From positions 3,422 to 67,421 of the forward strand of contig CAZWNK010000001.1 in the NCBI GenBank assembly GCA_964635445.1: a DNA stretch of 64,000 nucleotides, given 5' to 3'. Below the pieces are notes generated by a model. It saw only the letters and a program-made list of their open reading frames with translations. It made no database searches and was not told the DNA's origin. The translations under genes and the position numbers were made by a program. The DNA comes from an uncultured Candidatus Saccharibacteria bacterium. Lineage in GTDB: Bacteria; Patescibacteriota; Saccharimonadia; Saccharimonadales; CAZDBS01. Shown piece by piece: positions 38,749 to 48,752 of the stretch; within the stretch, counting starts at the first letter, position 1; each line of letters opens with the position of its first letter.

Positions 38749-39789
38749 ATGCGTTATTTGAAACAAAAAAATCCTTATAAACATCAATCCCGAACTGCCA
38801 TGGTTCCTCGGAGCTATGCGAGACCCTCCGTAACACACATGCCGCTCAAGGTCGGATCGTTTATGCTGTTGTCGTTTGCCATCGGTCTCAATATCTTTGG
38901 CATCCAACACAAACAGGCCTCAGGCGTACTCGCCTATGCTACCAACACCACCGTAGACGGCCTTCTGACAGCAACCAATGCCGAACGAACAAGTCGTGGC
39001 CTACCAGCTCTAAAACTCAACAGTAAACTCGCAGCGTCATCGCAAGCAAAGTCAGACGATATGGTTGCGACGAACTACTGGGCTCACAACCGTCCAGACG
39101 GCACGACGCCGTGGGTATTTTTCGCAAATGCCGGTTACCAAGGTCTCAAAGAAGGTGAAAACTTAGCCTACGGCCAGCTTACCTCCCAACAAGCGGTCAA
39201 CGAGTGGATGGCTAGCCCAACCCACCGAGATAATATTCTGGACAGTTCGTATTGCGAGGTCGGCTTCGGAATATCCAAGAGTGCAGACTTTGTTGGCTCT
39301 GGTCCTGAGACGATAGTCGCAGCGCATTACGGAGAACCAGCGACGGGCTGCACTACAACGACTGTCACAACACCCAAAACTACCACCACGACAAAAGCTA
39401 CAACGACGCCAAAGGCGACAGCAAGCACACCGACGACCACACCCGCGACTACCGAAACGCCCACACCTGCCCCAGCGCCTGTCGTACAAGTCAAAGTTAC
39501 ACAGACTCCCTACACCAATCAGTCACCAAATGTTGAACCCAAAGAAACTCGCCTCACGCGCGTGCAAATGTTTACGCATGGTAAAGCACCATGGGCAACC
39601 TACGCACTGAGCGTCATCCTATTTGCATCTATCACCATATACGTCATCAAGCATGCCATAGGGATCAAGAAAACGGTCATGAAAGGCGAGAAATGGGTCC
39701 TGCATCATCCGGCACTTGATATGACTATCCTGGCTGTCATCGCACTTAGTTTCTACCTCACCCGCTATATCGGCGGTGTAATCAAGTAG
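38749..39789 (+). CDS. CAP/SCP (PR-1-like, YkwD-type) domain protein with a Thr-rich linker and two C-terminal TM segments
   Basis: CAP motifs (NAERTSRGL; YWAHNRPDG; GENLAY; HRDNIL) with a TTTVTTPKTTTTTKATTTPK linker. Confidence 0.7.
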   Translation: MRYLKQKNPYKHQSRTAMVPRSYARPSVTHMPLKVGSFMLLSFAIGLNIFGIQHKQASGVLAYATNTTVDGLLTATNAERTSRGLPALKLNSKLAASSQAKSDDMVATNYWAHNRPDGTTPWVFFANAGYQGLKEGENLAYGQLTSQQAVNEWMASPTHRDNILDSSYCEVGFGISKSADFVGSGPETIVAAHYGEPATGCTTTTVTTPKTTTTTKATTTPKATASTPTTTPATTETPTPAPAPVVQVKVTQTPYTNQSPNVEPKETRLTRVQMFTHGKAPWATYALSVILFASITIYVIKHAIGIKKTVMKGEKWVLHHPALDMTILAVIALSFYLTRYIGGVIK

Positions 39790-39792
39790 AGT

Positions 39793-42700
39793 TTATCTCA
39801 GTACAACCGAGCTCTCTCCGAGCAAACCAGTCAAGTTCCCGAGCAACTCTTGATGTGGATCGATGCGAAACGGCAAACGTATGGCTGTTTTCTGCTCGCC
39901 TTCGCCCAAAACAAGAACCACTGAGCGCTCACCCGGCGCAGTATTGAGTTGCTGTTTGAGTTGGAGGAGTGTGTCAGCGTTTTTGGGATCCTTGATCTGA
40001 AGATACAGGATTTGCTCGAGTGTTGGTGGTGACTGAGACGAGGTAGATACCTCGGAAGACGTAACAATTTTCTTCTTACGAAACTTCGGTGGTTCTTTTT
40101 CTATGCCTGTACTGTGATAATCCTGTATTGATTCCGGCGTAATCTCGCGCAGTTCATCCGCCAGAATTTTGATTTCAGACGTGAGGTTGCCTTCTCGATC
40201 TTTCGCATTGATCTTACCTCGAGCTATGACGACATTGTCGATGACGAGTAGCGACTCATGCTCTTCGAATACGCTCGGAAATACGATCAACTCGACATCA
40301 CCACTTTGGTCCTCAAGTTTTACAAACGCCATCTTGGCATTGTTTTTGGTCACAATCTGACGAACAGCAGAAATAATACCGCCAATTTGCACCGTCTTGC
40401 CATCCATATCCTGCGTCAATTTCTTAGTTGCTACTGCATTTTCTTTGAGATAGGTATCAAACATCTTAAGGGGGTGATTCGACAGATAGAGACCGAGGAG
40501 TTCCCGCTCCCATTGAAGCTGCTCTCGTTCTGTAGGAGGATTTGGAGCAGACTCGAAACTGATAGCTCCGATATACTCATCCGAGTTCATGAGACCGCCG
40601 AATAGATCCGATTGCCCTTCGGCGGCTTCTTTGTGCAGGCGTGCGCCAAATGCCAAAATTGCATCGAGGTTGTGCAACAAATCGCCGCGACTCGCAAAAC
40701 GATCGTACGCACCAGCACGGATCAAGCTTTCCCAGACCTTACGATTAACGGATTTGGTACTGACTCGTTTGACGAAGTCCTCGAGTGACGCAAACTTCCC
40801 GTTTTCATTCCGGATACGGACAATCTCGTCTACTGCTGCCTCACCAACATTTTTGACCGCTGCCATACCGAACCGTACTTTATCCGTCATAGGATCACCG
40901 CCTGGCACGACAGCAAACTCGGCAAATGATTCATTGACGTCTGGCGGTAGGACTTCGATGCCCATATGCTGACATTCAGAGATCTCAATCGCCAGTCGAT
41001 CAGTATCATCCATGTCACTGGTCATCAGTGCAGCCATGAATGCACTCGGATAATGCGCTTTAAGATAGGCTGTTTGATACGATATCAATCCATAACACGC
41101 TGAGTGAGACTTATTGAAACAATAGTCAGCAAATCCAAGCAAGTCCTTCCAAAACTTTTCGATTAATGCCTTATCTACTCCGTTGGCGACAGCACCATCG
41201 ATGAATTTAACCTTCATTTTTTCCATCACATCGATCTTCTTTTTGCCGATAGCTTTGCGGAGTGTGTCAGCTTCGCCACCAGTGAAACCGCAGACATCAC
41301 GTGAGATCTGCATCACCTGCTCCTGGTACACCAGCACTCCAAACGTATTGCCGAGCGCTGCTTCCATGAGAGGATGCGCATAGCTGACTGGTTCCAGGCC
41401 GTTTTTGCGCTTGATATAGCTATCAGTCAGTCCGGCAGACAAGGGTCCAGGACGATAGAGCGCACCCATGGCTACGACATCATCAAACACGGTTGGCTTC
41501 AACTCACGCAGATACCGTTTCATGCCCGATGACTCAAACTGAAACACGCCAGTCGTATCGCCGCGAGCCAGCAAATCAAATGTTTTTTGATCATCGAGAG
41601 GGATTGTAGAGATGTCAATATCGTTGTCGTAGACCCTCTTGATGATACGGAGTGCGTTTTTGATAATTGTGAGGTTGGAGAGACCGAGGAAATCCATCTT
41701 CAACAGTCCCAGCTCTTCGATTGGACCCATAGGGTATTGTGTAGCGATCACACCCTTTTGCGCCAATTCCAACGGTACAAATTTGACGATGTCATCGGGC
41801 GCAATCACAACACCAGCAGCATGAACGCCATGACTGCGAATCGTCCCCTCGACACGAACAGCGAGATCCATGACGCGTTTGGCAGTCGGGTTAGTGTCAT
41901 ACTCATGCTTGAGTTCCGGCGTCTCATTGATCGATTTTTTGAGCGGAATGTGGCGACCTTGCGCTGGCGGGGGCACGAGCTTAGCAAGTCGGTCGGCATC
42001 TGCATACGGCACTTGCAATACTCTGGAAACGTCACGAATAGCGTTTCTACCCATCATCTTGCCGAATGTCACGATATTAGCCACTCGTTCTTTGCCGTAT
42101 TTCTGAACGCAATACTGTATAACTTCGTCACGCCTCGAATCTTGAATGTCAACGTCCACATCAGGCATCGAGATACGATCAGGATTTAAGAAACGTTCGA
42201 ACAGGAGGTCGTATTTGAGCGGATCAAGCTCAGTGATTTTGAGACTATACGCGATGATCGAACCGGCTGCGGATCCTCGACCTGGGCCGAAGATGATGCC
42301 GTTGCCTTTGCCCCAATTGATAAAATCCCAGATGATTAAGAAGTACCCGTTGAAGCCCATCTGATCGATGACGCCCAGCTCATACACTGCACGTTGCAGC
42401 ACGGGTTCAGGGATAGTTTTTTTGGCATCATCTATTGATAAGTTTTTCGACTCCGTTTCACTCACTTCGCCGTAGCGCCAGGCCAGACCTTGATACACGA
42501 GCTGATCGAGGAATGATTTCTCATCCATGCCGGCGGGGACTGGAAATTTCGGGATAAGTATCCGTCCCAACTCAAACTCGACATTGCATCGATCGGCAAT
42601 TTCTTTGGTGTTGCTAATGTAGTCGGGATGTTCCGCTCCCCATCGACCGATCAGTTCAAGAGGCTCAGTGACATGCAGATGAAAATCTTTGAGACTCATC

Positions 42701-43455
42701 CGATCTTCATCTGCCAAGAACGCCCCGGTTTGCACACACAGCAAGATTTCGTGCGCTTCTTGGTCAGATTCGTGAAGATAGTGTGCATCACACGTGACGA
42801 CACATTTGATATCGAGCTCCTCGGCTATCTTCATGAGTTTGCGATTTACCTCGACTTGCTGATCCCATTTCAATGGCGCATCTGGGTGGCCATGATCTTG
42901 CAGCTCGATATAGTACCTATCGCCAAATACTGATTTGTACCATGCAGCGACCTGTTTGGCCTGCTCATCTTGGTTGGTGCTCAGCAAATCACCCAGTTCA
43001 CCTCCCATACAAGCTGAGAGACAGATCAGCCCTTCGTTGTATTGCTCGAGTAGCTCATGGTCTACACGGGGTTTGTAATAATACCCATCGAGGTTGGCGA
43101 TGGTGCTAAGTCGCATAAGATTCTCATATCCTTTGTTGTTCATCGACAAGAGGATGAGATGGTAGCGTCCTTTGTCCTTTACTGGATCCTTGTCTGTATG
43201 TTTACGGGAGGCGACATACGTCTCCATGCCGATGATAGGCTTGATATCTCGGGCTTTGGCTTCTTTGTAGAACTCAATAGCTCCGGACAACGTACCATGG
43301 TCCGTCATCGCTATTGCTTCCATGCCGAGTTCTTTGACAGTATCCAGCATCTCTGGAACCTTTTGCAGACCATCAAGCAGACTATACTGCGTATGGTTAT
43401 GCAGATGTACAAAATCTGACGGCTTGAGAGTAGTAGACGAATGTTGCTTCGACAC
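39793..43455 (-). CDS. dnaE: DNA polymerase III subunit alpha
   Basis: 1220 aa with a PHP domain (FVHLHNHTQYSLLDG), polymerase core and OB fold. Confidence 0.95.
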   Translation of the reverse strand: MSKQHSSTTLKPSDFVHLHNHTQYSLLDGLQKVPEMLDTVKELGMEAIAMTDHGTLSGAIEFYKEAKARDIKPIIGMETYVASRKHTDKDPVKDKGRYHLILLSMNNKGYENLMRLSTIANLDGYYYKPRVDHELLEQYNEGLICLSACMGGELGDLLSTNQDEQAKQVAAWYKSVFGDRYYIELQDHGHPDAPLKWDQQVEVNRKLMKIAEELDIKCVVTCDAHYLHESDQEAHEILLCVQTGAFLADEDRMSLKDFHLHVTEPLELIGRWGAEHPDYISNTKEIADRCNVEFELGRILIPKFPVPAGMDEKSFLDQLVYQGLAWRYGEVSETESKNLSIDDAKKTIPEPVLQRAVYELGVIDQMGFNGYFLIIWDFINWGKGNGIIFGPGRGSAAGSIIAYSLKITELDPLKYDLLFERFLNPDRISMPDVDVDIQDSRRDEVIQYCVQKYGKERVANIVTFGKMMGRNAIRDVSRVLQVPYADADRLAKLVPPPAQGRHIPLKKSINETPELKHEYDTNPTAKRVMDLAVRVEGTIRSHGVHAAGVVIAPDDIVKFVPLELAQKGVIATQYPMGPIEELGLLKMDFLGLSNLTIIKNALRIIKRVYDNDIDISTIPLDDQKTFDLLARGDTTGVFQFESSGMKRYLRELKPTVFDDVVAMGALYRPGPLSAGLTDSYIKRKNGLEPVSYAHPLMEAALGNTFGVLVYQEQVMQISRDVCGFTGGEADTLRKAIGKKKIDVMEKMKVKFIDGAVANGVDKALIEKFWKDLLGFADYCFNKSHSACYGLISYQTAYLKAHYPSAFMAALMTSDMDDTDRLAIEISECQHMGIEVLPPDVNESFAEFAVVPGGDPMTDKVRFGMAAVKNVGEAAVDEIVRIRNENGKFASLEDFVKRVSTKSVNRKVWESLIRAGAYDRFASRGDLLHNLDAILAFGARLHKEAAEGQSDLFGGLMNSDEYIGAISFESAPNPPTEREQLQWERELLGLYLSNHPLKMFDTYLKENAVATKKLTQDMDGKTVQIGGIISAVRQIVTKNNAKMAFVKLEDQSGDVELIVFPSVFEEHESLLVIDNVVIARGKINAKDREGNLTSEIKILADELREITPESIQDYHSTGIEKEPPKFRKKKIVTSSEVSTSSQSPPTLEQILYLQIKDPKNADTLLQLKQQLNTAPGERSVVLVLGEGEQKTAIRLPFRIDPHQELLGNLTGLLGESSVVLR

Positions 43456-43521
43456 GAAGAAATCACCCTCCAGTGATAGTCATATTATATGCTACCGGGC
43501 AGTTGCTTGTCAGTGTTGAAT

Positions 43522-43770
43522 TTACTTATGAAGGGAGTTCTGAACGGTATCGACGATGTGGCCGATGAGTGGCAACGAATGGAAACGAGACAGCACCCAC
43601 ACCAGAATTGTGATGCCCACCGTTCCGCCTATTGCTGCCCCAAAACCTGAAACTGCACCTTTGATGAAAGATGGCACGTAGCTTTTGCGTCGTTTAAAAT
43701 CTCCCGACTCATAGAGATTGACAAGTTGTTTGCCTAGCTCTTCATAATTGGGTTGTGTTTTGTCAGTCAC
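43522..43770 (-). CDS. small membrane protein (82 aa)
   Basis: C-terminal TM segment. Coupled to the ytxG/ytxH-like pair downstream. Confidence 0.4.
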   Translation of the reverse strand: MTDKTQPNYEELGKQLVNLYESGDFKRRKSYVPSFIKGAVSGFGAAIGGTVGITILVWVLSRFHSLPLIGHIVDTVQNSLHK

Positions 43771-43772
43771 TA

Positions 43773-44198
43773 CTATTTCTCGTCTTTTTTGGGCGGATTC
43801 AATAGTTTCTGCATCTTGTCACGTAGTTCTTCAGCCTCTTTGATAGCCTTTTGCACCTCGCTATCATCAGCATCGCCATCGTGCAGGCCGCTGAGGGTCT
43901 CTCGTACGCGCGCCATGACTGTTTCTGCTTTGCCCACGAGTTCTGCTAGCTCTTTACTAGCTTTGCCTGTGGTTTGCGCTGCAAGCTTCTTGAAATCTAC
44001 TGATTTGTCCTGCAGTTCTTTGAGTAGTACTTTGAGTCTCTTTTCGGCCTCTACGCGCGCTTTGGCTACACCTTCTTTGATATCTTCACGGGTTTCTTTG
44101 CCACTTTTTGGTGCCGTCAATAGGCCAGTTACTAACCCTGCGATCGCACCAATGATCGCACCGATTGCAAATTTCTTGCCAGTATTTTCTTTGGCCAT
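43773..44198 (-). CDS. YtxH-like family protein
   Basis: N-terminal GxxxG TM segment ending LLTAPKSGKETREDIKE (YtxH signature), then a coiled coil. Confidence 0.7.
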   Translation of the reverse strand: MAKENTGKKFAIGAIIGAIAGLVTGLLTAPKSGKETREDIKEGVAKARVEAEKRLKVLLKELQDKSVDFKKLAAQTTGKASKELAELVGKAETVMARVRETLSGLHDGDADDSEVQKAIKEAEELRDKMQKLLNPPKKDEK

Positions 44199-44483
44199 CT
44201 ACTCCTCCTTGTCGGATTTTTTAGACTTATGTTTTCTATTGAGGCTCACTGTTTCGACAATATTGGCGACGACTTTGGTGATAGCCATTGGCGCGGCTGT
44301 TTTTTTCAAAAACTGGCCGACCGCTTCGACATTATCGAGCACTCCCTCGGCACGGGCGATAAGTTTTCGTACTTCAGAAAGGATTTTGACAATTATGACT
44401 CCTGCTATGACAGCTATGAGCAATGCGATAGCAAGAACGACTGATAACACGATGACGAGTATATGATATGCATCCATGTGCAT
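44199..44483 (-). CDS. DUF948/YtxG-like membrane protein
   Basis: 94 aa with an N-terminal TM segment and helical tail. The ytxG-ytxH gene pair is conserved in Firmicutes. Confidence 0.5.
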   Translation of the reverse strand: MHMDAYHILVIVLSVVLAIALLIAVIAGVIIVKILSEVRKLIARAEGVLDNVEAVGQFLKKTAAPMAITKVVANIVETVSLNRKHKSKKSDKEE

Positions 44484-44493
44484 CAGTATAGCA

Positions 44494-45933
44494 CTACTCA
44501 GGCTGAGAGAGTTGCTGCTTTATGATCTCTTGGACGGCGCCTGGATTGGCTTTGCCTTGACTGGCTTTCATGACTTGTCCGACGAGAAATCCGATCGCTT
44601 TCATCTCGCCATTTCGTACATCTTGCGCCGCCTTTTCATTTGTCTTGAGAACGTTCGCGACAATCGCTTCGAGCTCAGATGTATCAGAAACCTGTAGGAG
44701 ATTTTTGGCATCAGCTACTGCCTCAGGATCGCCACCATGTTCGACAATTTCCAATAATACTTCCTTGGCTGCTGATGAGCTGAGTGTATTCGTGCCCACC
44801 ATGCCCGAAAGTTTGATGAGCGAATCAGCGTCCAAATTCAGAGCATCTTCAGTCCACTCCCCTTTGCTAAGTTTTTCTTGAACAGGCCCGATGAGCCAAT
44901 TGGCAATTCGTTTGGCATCTTCTGGCGTATCGAGACAGGACATAACGACATGTACAAACAAAGGTTGCATGAGAAGCGTGCCAATTTGCATTGAGCTCAG
45001 TCCTAGTGCACTCAACTTTTCGGTAATTTCATCAGGCATCATCGGCATCGATGTGCGAATAGTGTTTACAAAATCTTCCGTAAGCTCGAGCGGCGGGATA
45101 TCAGGCTCAGGGAAATATCGATAGTCATGCGCATCTTCTTTGCTTCGCTGACTAAACGTTTTTTGCTTGGAATCATCCCAGCCCCGAGTCTCCTGAACTA
45201 TCGTCTCGCCTGCTTCGAGCGCTTCACATTGCCGTTTGATTTCATACTCGACCGTTTTTTCAACTGCTCGAAATGAGTTGAGATTCTTTGTCTCAGTCCT
45301 CGTGCCAAGCTTACTCGGATCCTTTGAAACAGAGACGTTGACGTCAAAGCGCATGTTGCCGTAGTAGAGATTGCAATCACTAACATCGGCATAGCGCATC
45401 AGCATATAAAGTTTCTCGGCATACGCCTTGGCTTCGGCAGGAGTATGCATGTCGGGTTTACTGACAATTTCCATCAGTGGCGTTCCAGCACGATTGAGAT
45501 CCACGAGACTATAGTCCTGACCCTCGGGGTGCGTGGATTTGCCAGCATCCTCTTCGAGGTGAGCTCGTTCGACGCCAATATCTTTGGTCTCGCCATCGGG
45601 TAGAGTAATCGTGACGTGGCCTTGCAGAACGATCGGTTCATCGTACTGAGTGATCTGGTAACCTTTCGGCAAGTCAGGATAGAAATAATGTTTACGATCA
45701 AACTTGTTTTTGAGACCAATCTCTGCCTGAAGCGCGATACCTGCTCGCACCGCCAACTCGACAGCTTTTTCATTGAGAACTGGCAACACTCCTGGCAAAC
45801 CGAGGTCGATAGCGGAGATCTTGGTATTGGGTTCTGCATCACGAGCATCATTGTCGACTGCTGAAAACAATTTGCTCTTTGTTTTCAGCTGCACGTGCGT
45901 CTCGATACCGATGGTAGCGACGTAGCCGTCCAT
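44494..45933 (-). CDS. gatB: aspartyl/glutamyl-tRNA amidotransferase subunit B
   Basis: 479 aa with GatB conserved blocks (ATIGIETHVQL...; GLPGVLPVLN). Confidence 0.93.
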   Translation of the reverse strand: MDGYVATIGIETHVQLKTKSKLFSAVDNDARDAEPNTKISAIDLGLPGVLPVLNEKAVELAVRAGIALQAEIGLKNKFDRKHYFYPDLPKGYQITQYDEPIVLQGHVTITLPDGETKDIGVERAHLEEDAGKSTHPEGQDYSLVDLNRAGTPLMEIVSKPDMHTPAEAKAYAEKLYMLMRYADVSDCNLYYGNMRFDVNVSVSKDPSKLGTRTETKNLNSFRAVEKTVEYEIKRQCEALEAGETIVQETRGWDDSKQKTFSQRSKEDAHDYRYFPEPDIPPLELTEDFVNTIRTSMPMMPDEITEKLSALGLSSMQIGTLLMQPLFVHVVMSCLDTPEDAKRIANWLIGPVQEKLSKGEWTEDALNLDADSLIKLSGMVGTNTLSSSAAKEVLLEIVEHGGDPEAVADAKNLLQVSDTSELEAIVANVLKTNEKAAQDVRNGEMKAIGFLVGQVMKASQGKANPGAVQEIIKQQLSQPE

Positions 45934-46344
45934 CTAGAGAGCTCCCAGATCCTTTAAAGCCTGACGAAAACTTACGAGCGCGCTATGTATGTGCTGTTTC
46001 TTGGGAGCAAAATCAGTCTCATGGACGATCTTGTTCCGAAGTTTATGAGCCATCCAGACACTATCGGCTTTTTTAAAGCTCTTCTGCGCAGACACCATGC
46101 GTTCACCCATAGTACCGCCCTTAAAGTGCAACTGTTTGAGCGCCTCATCAAGCAGCTTATCGGCTTCGATGACAGCCAGCTTCATGCCTTCATTGGAGCT
46201 GAGCAGATTTTGAAGATCATTCCAACGACGGACAAAGTACTCGCGTTTCAGACCTGATGTCTTGCGCTTTACGACTGCCATAGCACCAAACAATATGACA
46301 GCGAAAACTATTACCAATCCTACCAACACTACATTATTCATCAT
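45934..46344 (-). CDS. membrane-anchored hypothetical protein inserted between gatA and gatB (start set at MMNNVV)
   Basis: The ORF starts 5 nt after the gatA stop and ends 1 nt before the gatB start. N-terminal TM segment. The longer 147-aa version overlaps gatA. Confidence 0.5.
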   Translation of the reverse strand: MMNNVVLVGLVIVFAVILFGAMAVVKRKTSGLKREYFVRRWNDLQNLLSSNEGMKLAVIEADKLLDEALKQLHFKGGTMGERMVSAQKSFKKADSVWMAHKLRNKIVHETDFAPKKQHIHSALVSFRQALKDLGAL

Positions 46345-47767
46345 GTTTCCTTTGTATCGACTCGTATGACTTTGCAACTGACAATAGTAATTTGTCTTTA
46401 CGTTGCGGCGCCATTAATTGTACACCTACCGGTAGTCCATTTGCCGTAGGTCCTGGCACCGAGATGGCCGGCACACCAGTCATGTTTGCAGCAACCGTCA
46501 TGATATCAGTCAGATACATTTTCAACGGGTCTTCGGCATTCTCACCAATTTTGAAAGCGGTTTCTGGGGCCACCGGTCCGATAAGGATATCGAATTGCTC
46601 GAATGCTTTATCAAACTCTTGAATGAGTTTTGTTCGTACTTCCTGGGCCTTTTTATAGTAGGCATCGTAGTAACCGCTGCTAAGCACATACGTACCGATC
46701 ATGATTCGGCGCTTTGCTTCAGCGCCAAACCCCACTGAACGACTCATCTCATACGCTTCTTCAAGTGTTGCGGCATCGGGATGGCTGTAGCCAAATCGTT
46801 GGCCATCATAACGACTCAAGTTCGAGCTAACTTCAGCAGGACAGATAACATAATAGACCGCGAGTGCGAGCGCGAGCGTTGGTATACTAACTTCTTGTAC
46901 CTGTGCTCCAGCTGCCCTAAGTTGATCTGTTGCTTTTAGTATCGAATCTTTAACTCCTGGATCTATCCCTTCGGCAAGGTACTCTTTCACGACGCCTATT
47001 CGGACTTTTGATAGATCGGCTTCATCCCCGATGTAAGATATTGCGTCGCGCTCAATCGTCGTCGAATCATGCTCATCCTTTCCAGACATCACATCAAGGA
47101 CAAGTGCAACGTCCTCAACAGTCCTGGCAAGTGGCCCTATGACATCAGTCGAGCTCGCCATGGCAATGACGCCAAAGCGCGAGACCAAACCATAGGTAGG
47201 TTTATACCCCACAGCCCCTGTGAAACTTGCTGGCAGCCGAATCGAACCACCAGTATCCGTACCTAGCGCAAACGGAGCCATATCCAACATCACAGCTGCC
47301 GCTGAACCGCCAGACGACCCTCCCGGGACTCGAGTAGGATCAGTAGGATGTTTCGTAGTCATCACGTCACTATTTTCTGTGCTTGAGCCATGTGCGAATG
47401 CATCCAAATTTGCTTTCGCAACACATATCGCTCCCTCTGCCTCCAATTTCTCTATAGCAGTTGACTGATACGGCGCTACGAAACCTTTGAGTATGTTACT
47501 TGCCGCGGTCGTCTCGCCACCGAAAACCAAGAAGTTGTCTTTAGCAATGAAAGGAACTCCTGCCAAGCGACCAACAGTCTCGCCCTTCCCGACTCTCTCA
47601 TCGATTTCTGCAGCTCGTTTTCGAGCATTGTCAGCGAGTGTCGAGATAATTGCATTGTATTCTGACTTTGCTTCTATTGTTTTCAGTGACTGCTCGACGA
47701 GGTCAGCAGCCTTTCGTTCACCACTCTGAACCTTCGTCGCAATATCAGCAATAGGATCCCAGCTCAT
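46334..47767 (-). CDS. gatA: glutamyl-tRNA(Gln) amidotransferase subunit A
   Basis: Amidase signature region (GGSSGGSAAAV) and a Ser-cisSer-Lys triad context. Confidence 0.93.
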   Translation of the reverse strand: MSWDPIADIATKVQSGERKAADLVEQSLKTIEAKSEYNAIISTLADNARKRAAEIDERVGKGETVGRLAGVPFIAKDNFLVFGGETTAASNILKGFVAPYQSTAIEKLEAEGAICVAKANLDAFAHGSSTENSDVMTTKHPTDPTRVPGGSSGGSAAAVMLDMAPFALGTDTGGSIRLPASFTGAVGYKPTYGLVSRFGVIAMASSTDVIGPLARTVEDVALVLDVMSGKDEHDSTTIERDAISYIGDEADLSKVRIGVVKEYLAEGIDPGVKDSILKATDQLRAAGAQVQEVSIPTLALALAVYYVICPAEVSSNLSRYDGQRFGYSHPDAATLEEAYEMSRSVGFGAEAKRRIMIGTYVLSSGYYDAYYKKAQEVRTKLIQEFDKAFEQFDILIGPVAPETAFKIGENAEDPLKMYLTDIMTVAANMTGVPAISVPGPTANGLPVGVQLMAPQRKDKLLLSVAKSYESIQRKHDE

Positions 47768-48057
47768 CCGAGTACTCGCTTCACTTTGATGTAGTTGCCT
47801 TCCCGATTAGGTACATTTTTCAGCAAGTCTTCAGTCGTCGTACCGTAATCTTTGATCTCATCAGGTCTCATGACATTCTTCAGTCCTGTGACTTGCGTCG
47901 TTGGTTCCAGCCCAGCCACATCGACGTTCTGAAGCTGCTCGACATAGCCGAGAACCGCTGAGATTTCATTACTGAATTTCTCAACCTCATCGTCCGTGAG
48001 TTTCAAGCGAGCTAATTTAGCCAATTTCAAGATGTCTTCTCGAGAAAGTTTTGTCAT
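47764..48057 (-). CDS. gatC: glutamyl-tRNA(Gln) amidotransferase subunit C
   Basis: 97 aa GatC-like, with a 4-nt overlap with gatA. Confidence 0.88.
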   Translation of the reverse strand: MTKLSREDILKLAKLARLKLTDDEVEKFSNEISAVLGYVEQLQNVDVAGLEPTTQVTGLKNVMRPDEIKDYGTTTEDLLKNVPNREGNYIKVKRVLG

Positions 48058-48129
48058 ATATTAGATCCTAGTATAGCAGATTTTGGAAGCCGTAACAGAT
48101 ATCAGAACAACTTTGCTATCATTGAGTAT

Positions 48130-48528
48130 ATGCAAAGCAAGTATCCCAATGGCTTCTATAGAGTATCGATTAAAGCACTAATAAGAGATGGTAAAGGAAG
48201 GGTGCTTGTCGTCAAAGAAGATGATAAATGCTGGGATCTTCCGGGCGGAGGGTTGGATCATGGAGAAAATATCCAAGATTCATTAAAACGTGAACTATTT
48301 GAAGAGATAGGGCATAATGAGTCGTTTGAATCTCACTTCGTTGGTATAGAGTCAATGTTTCTACCAGAAAAAGAGGCTTGGTTACTATGGATTGTTTACG
48401 AAGTTACTATTCGTGACTTTGTCCCTAAGGTAGGTAGTCACACAAAAGAAGTCGTGTTCAAAAACCCGAAAGATTTTGAAAACAGTCAGCATCAATTCGA
48501 AAAACTCATCCACAGCCTTTGCGGCTAG
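48130..48528 (+). CDS. NUDIX hydrolase
   Basis: Nudix box GGGLDHGENIQDSLKRELFEEIG. Confidence 0.8.
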   Translation: MQSKYPNGFYRVSIKALIRDGKGRVLVVKEDDKCWDLPGGGLDHGENIQDSLKRELFEEIGHNESFESHFVGIESMFLPEKEAWLLWIVYEVTIRDFVPKVGSHTKEVVFKNPKDFENSQHQFEKLIHSLCG

Positions 48529-48690
48529 TTGTCTTTTGTGGGGTCTGGGGTCTTGGACCGAACCTGAGGAGATGTTGTTGAAAAGAGGCGTATGTCTGGT
48601 CGGTACTCGACCCTGAAGGAATGAATGGGTCTTACCGACTAGCCTGTTTTCAACCAACAGAACCATCAAGCGAGGTACACGAACCCCAGT

Positions 48691-48726
48691 GGTTTTGCAC
48701 ACTTTTGACAGCAAAAGTGTGAATAG
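48691..48726. repeat. Palindromic hairpin GGTTTT-GCACACTTTTG-acag-CAAAAGTGTG-AAT, 3' of uvrB/NUDIX (family copy 2)
   Basis: Homologous to 34563-34594 with a compensatory G-C to A-T change in the stem. Followed by a second hairpin (GTCCGGGCGATACCGGAC). Confidence 0.5.
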
Positions 48727-48752
48727 AGTTTGTCCGGGCGATACCGGACTAA

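Noticed and set aside
41587-42189. 200-aa plus-strand ORF
   Set aside because: Antisense to dnaE.
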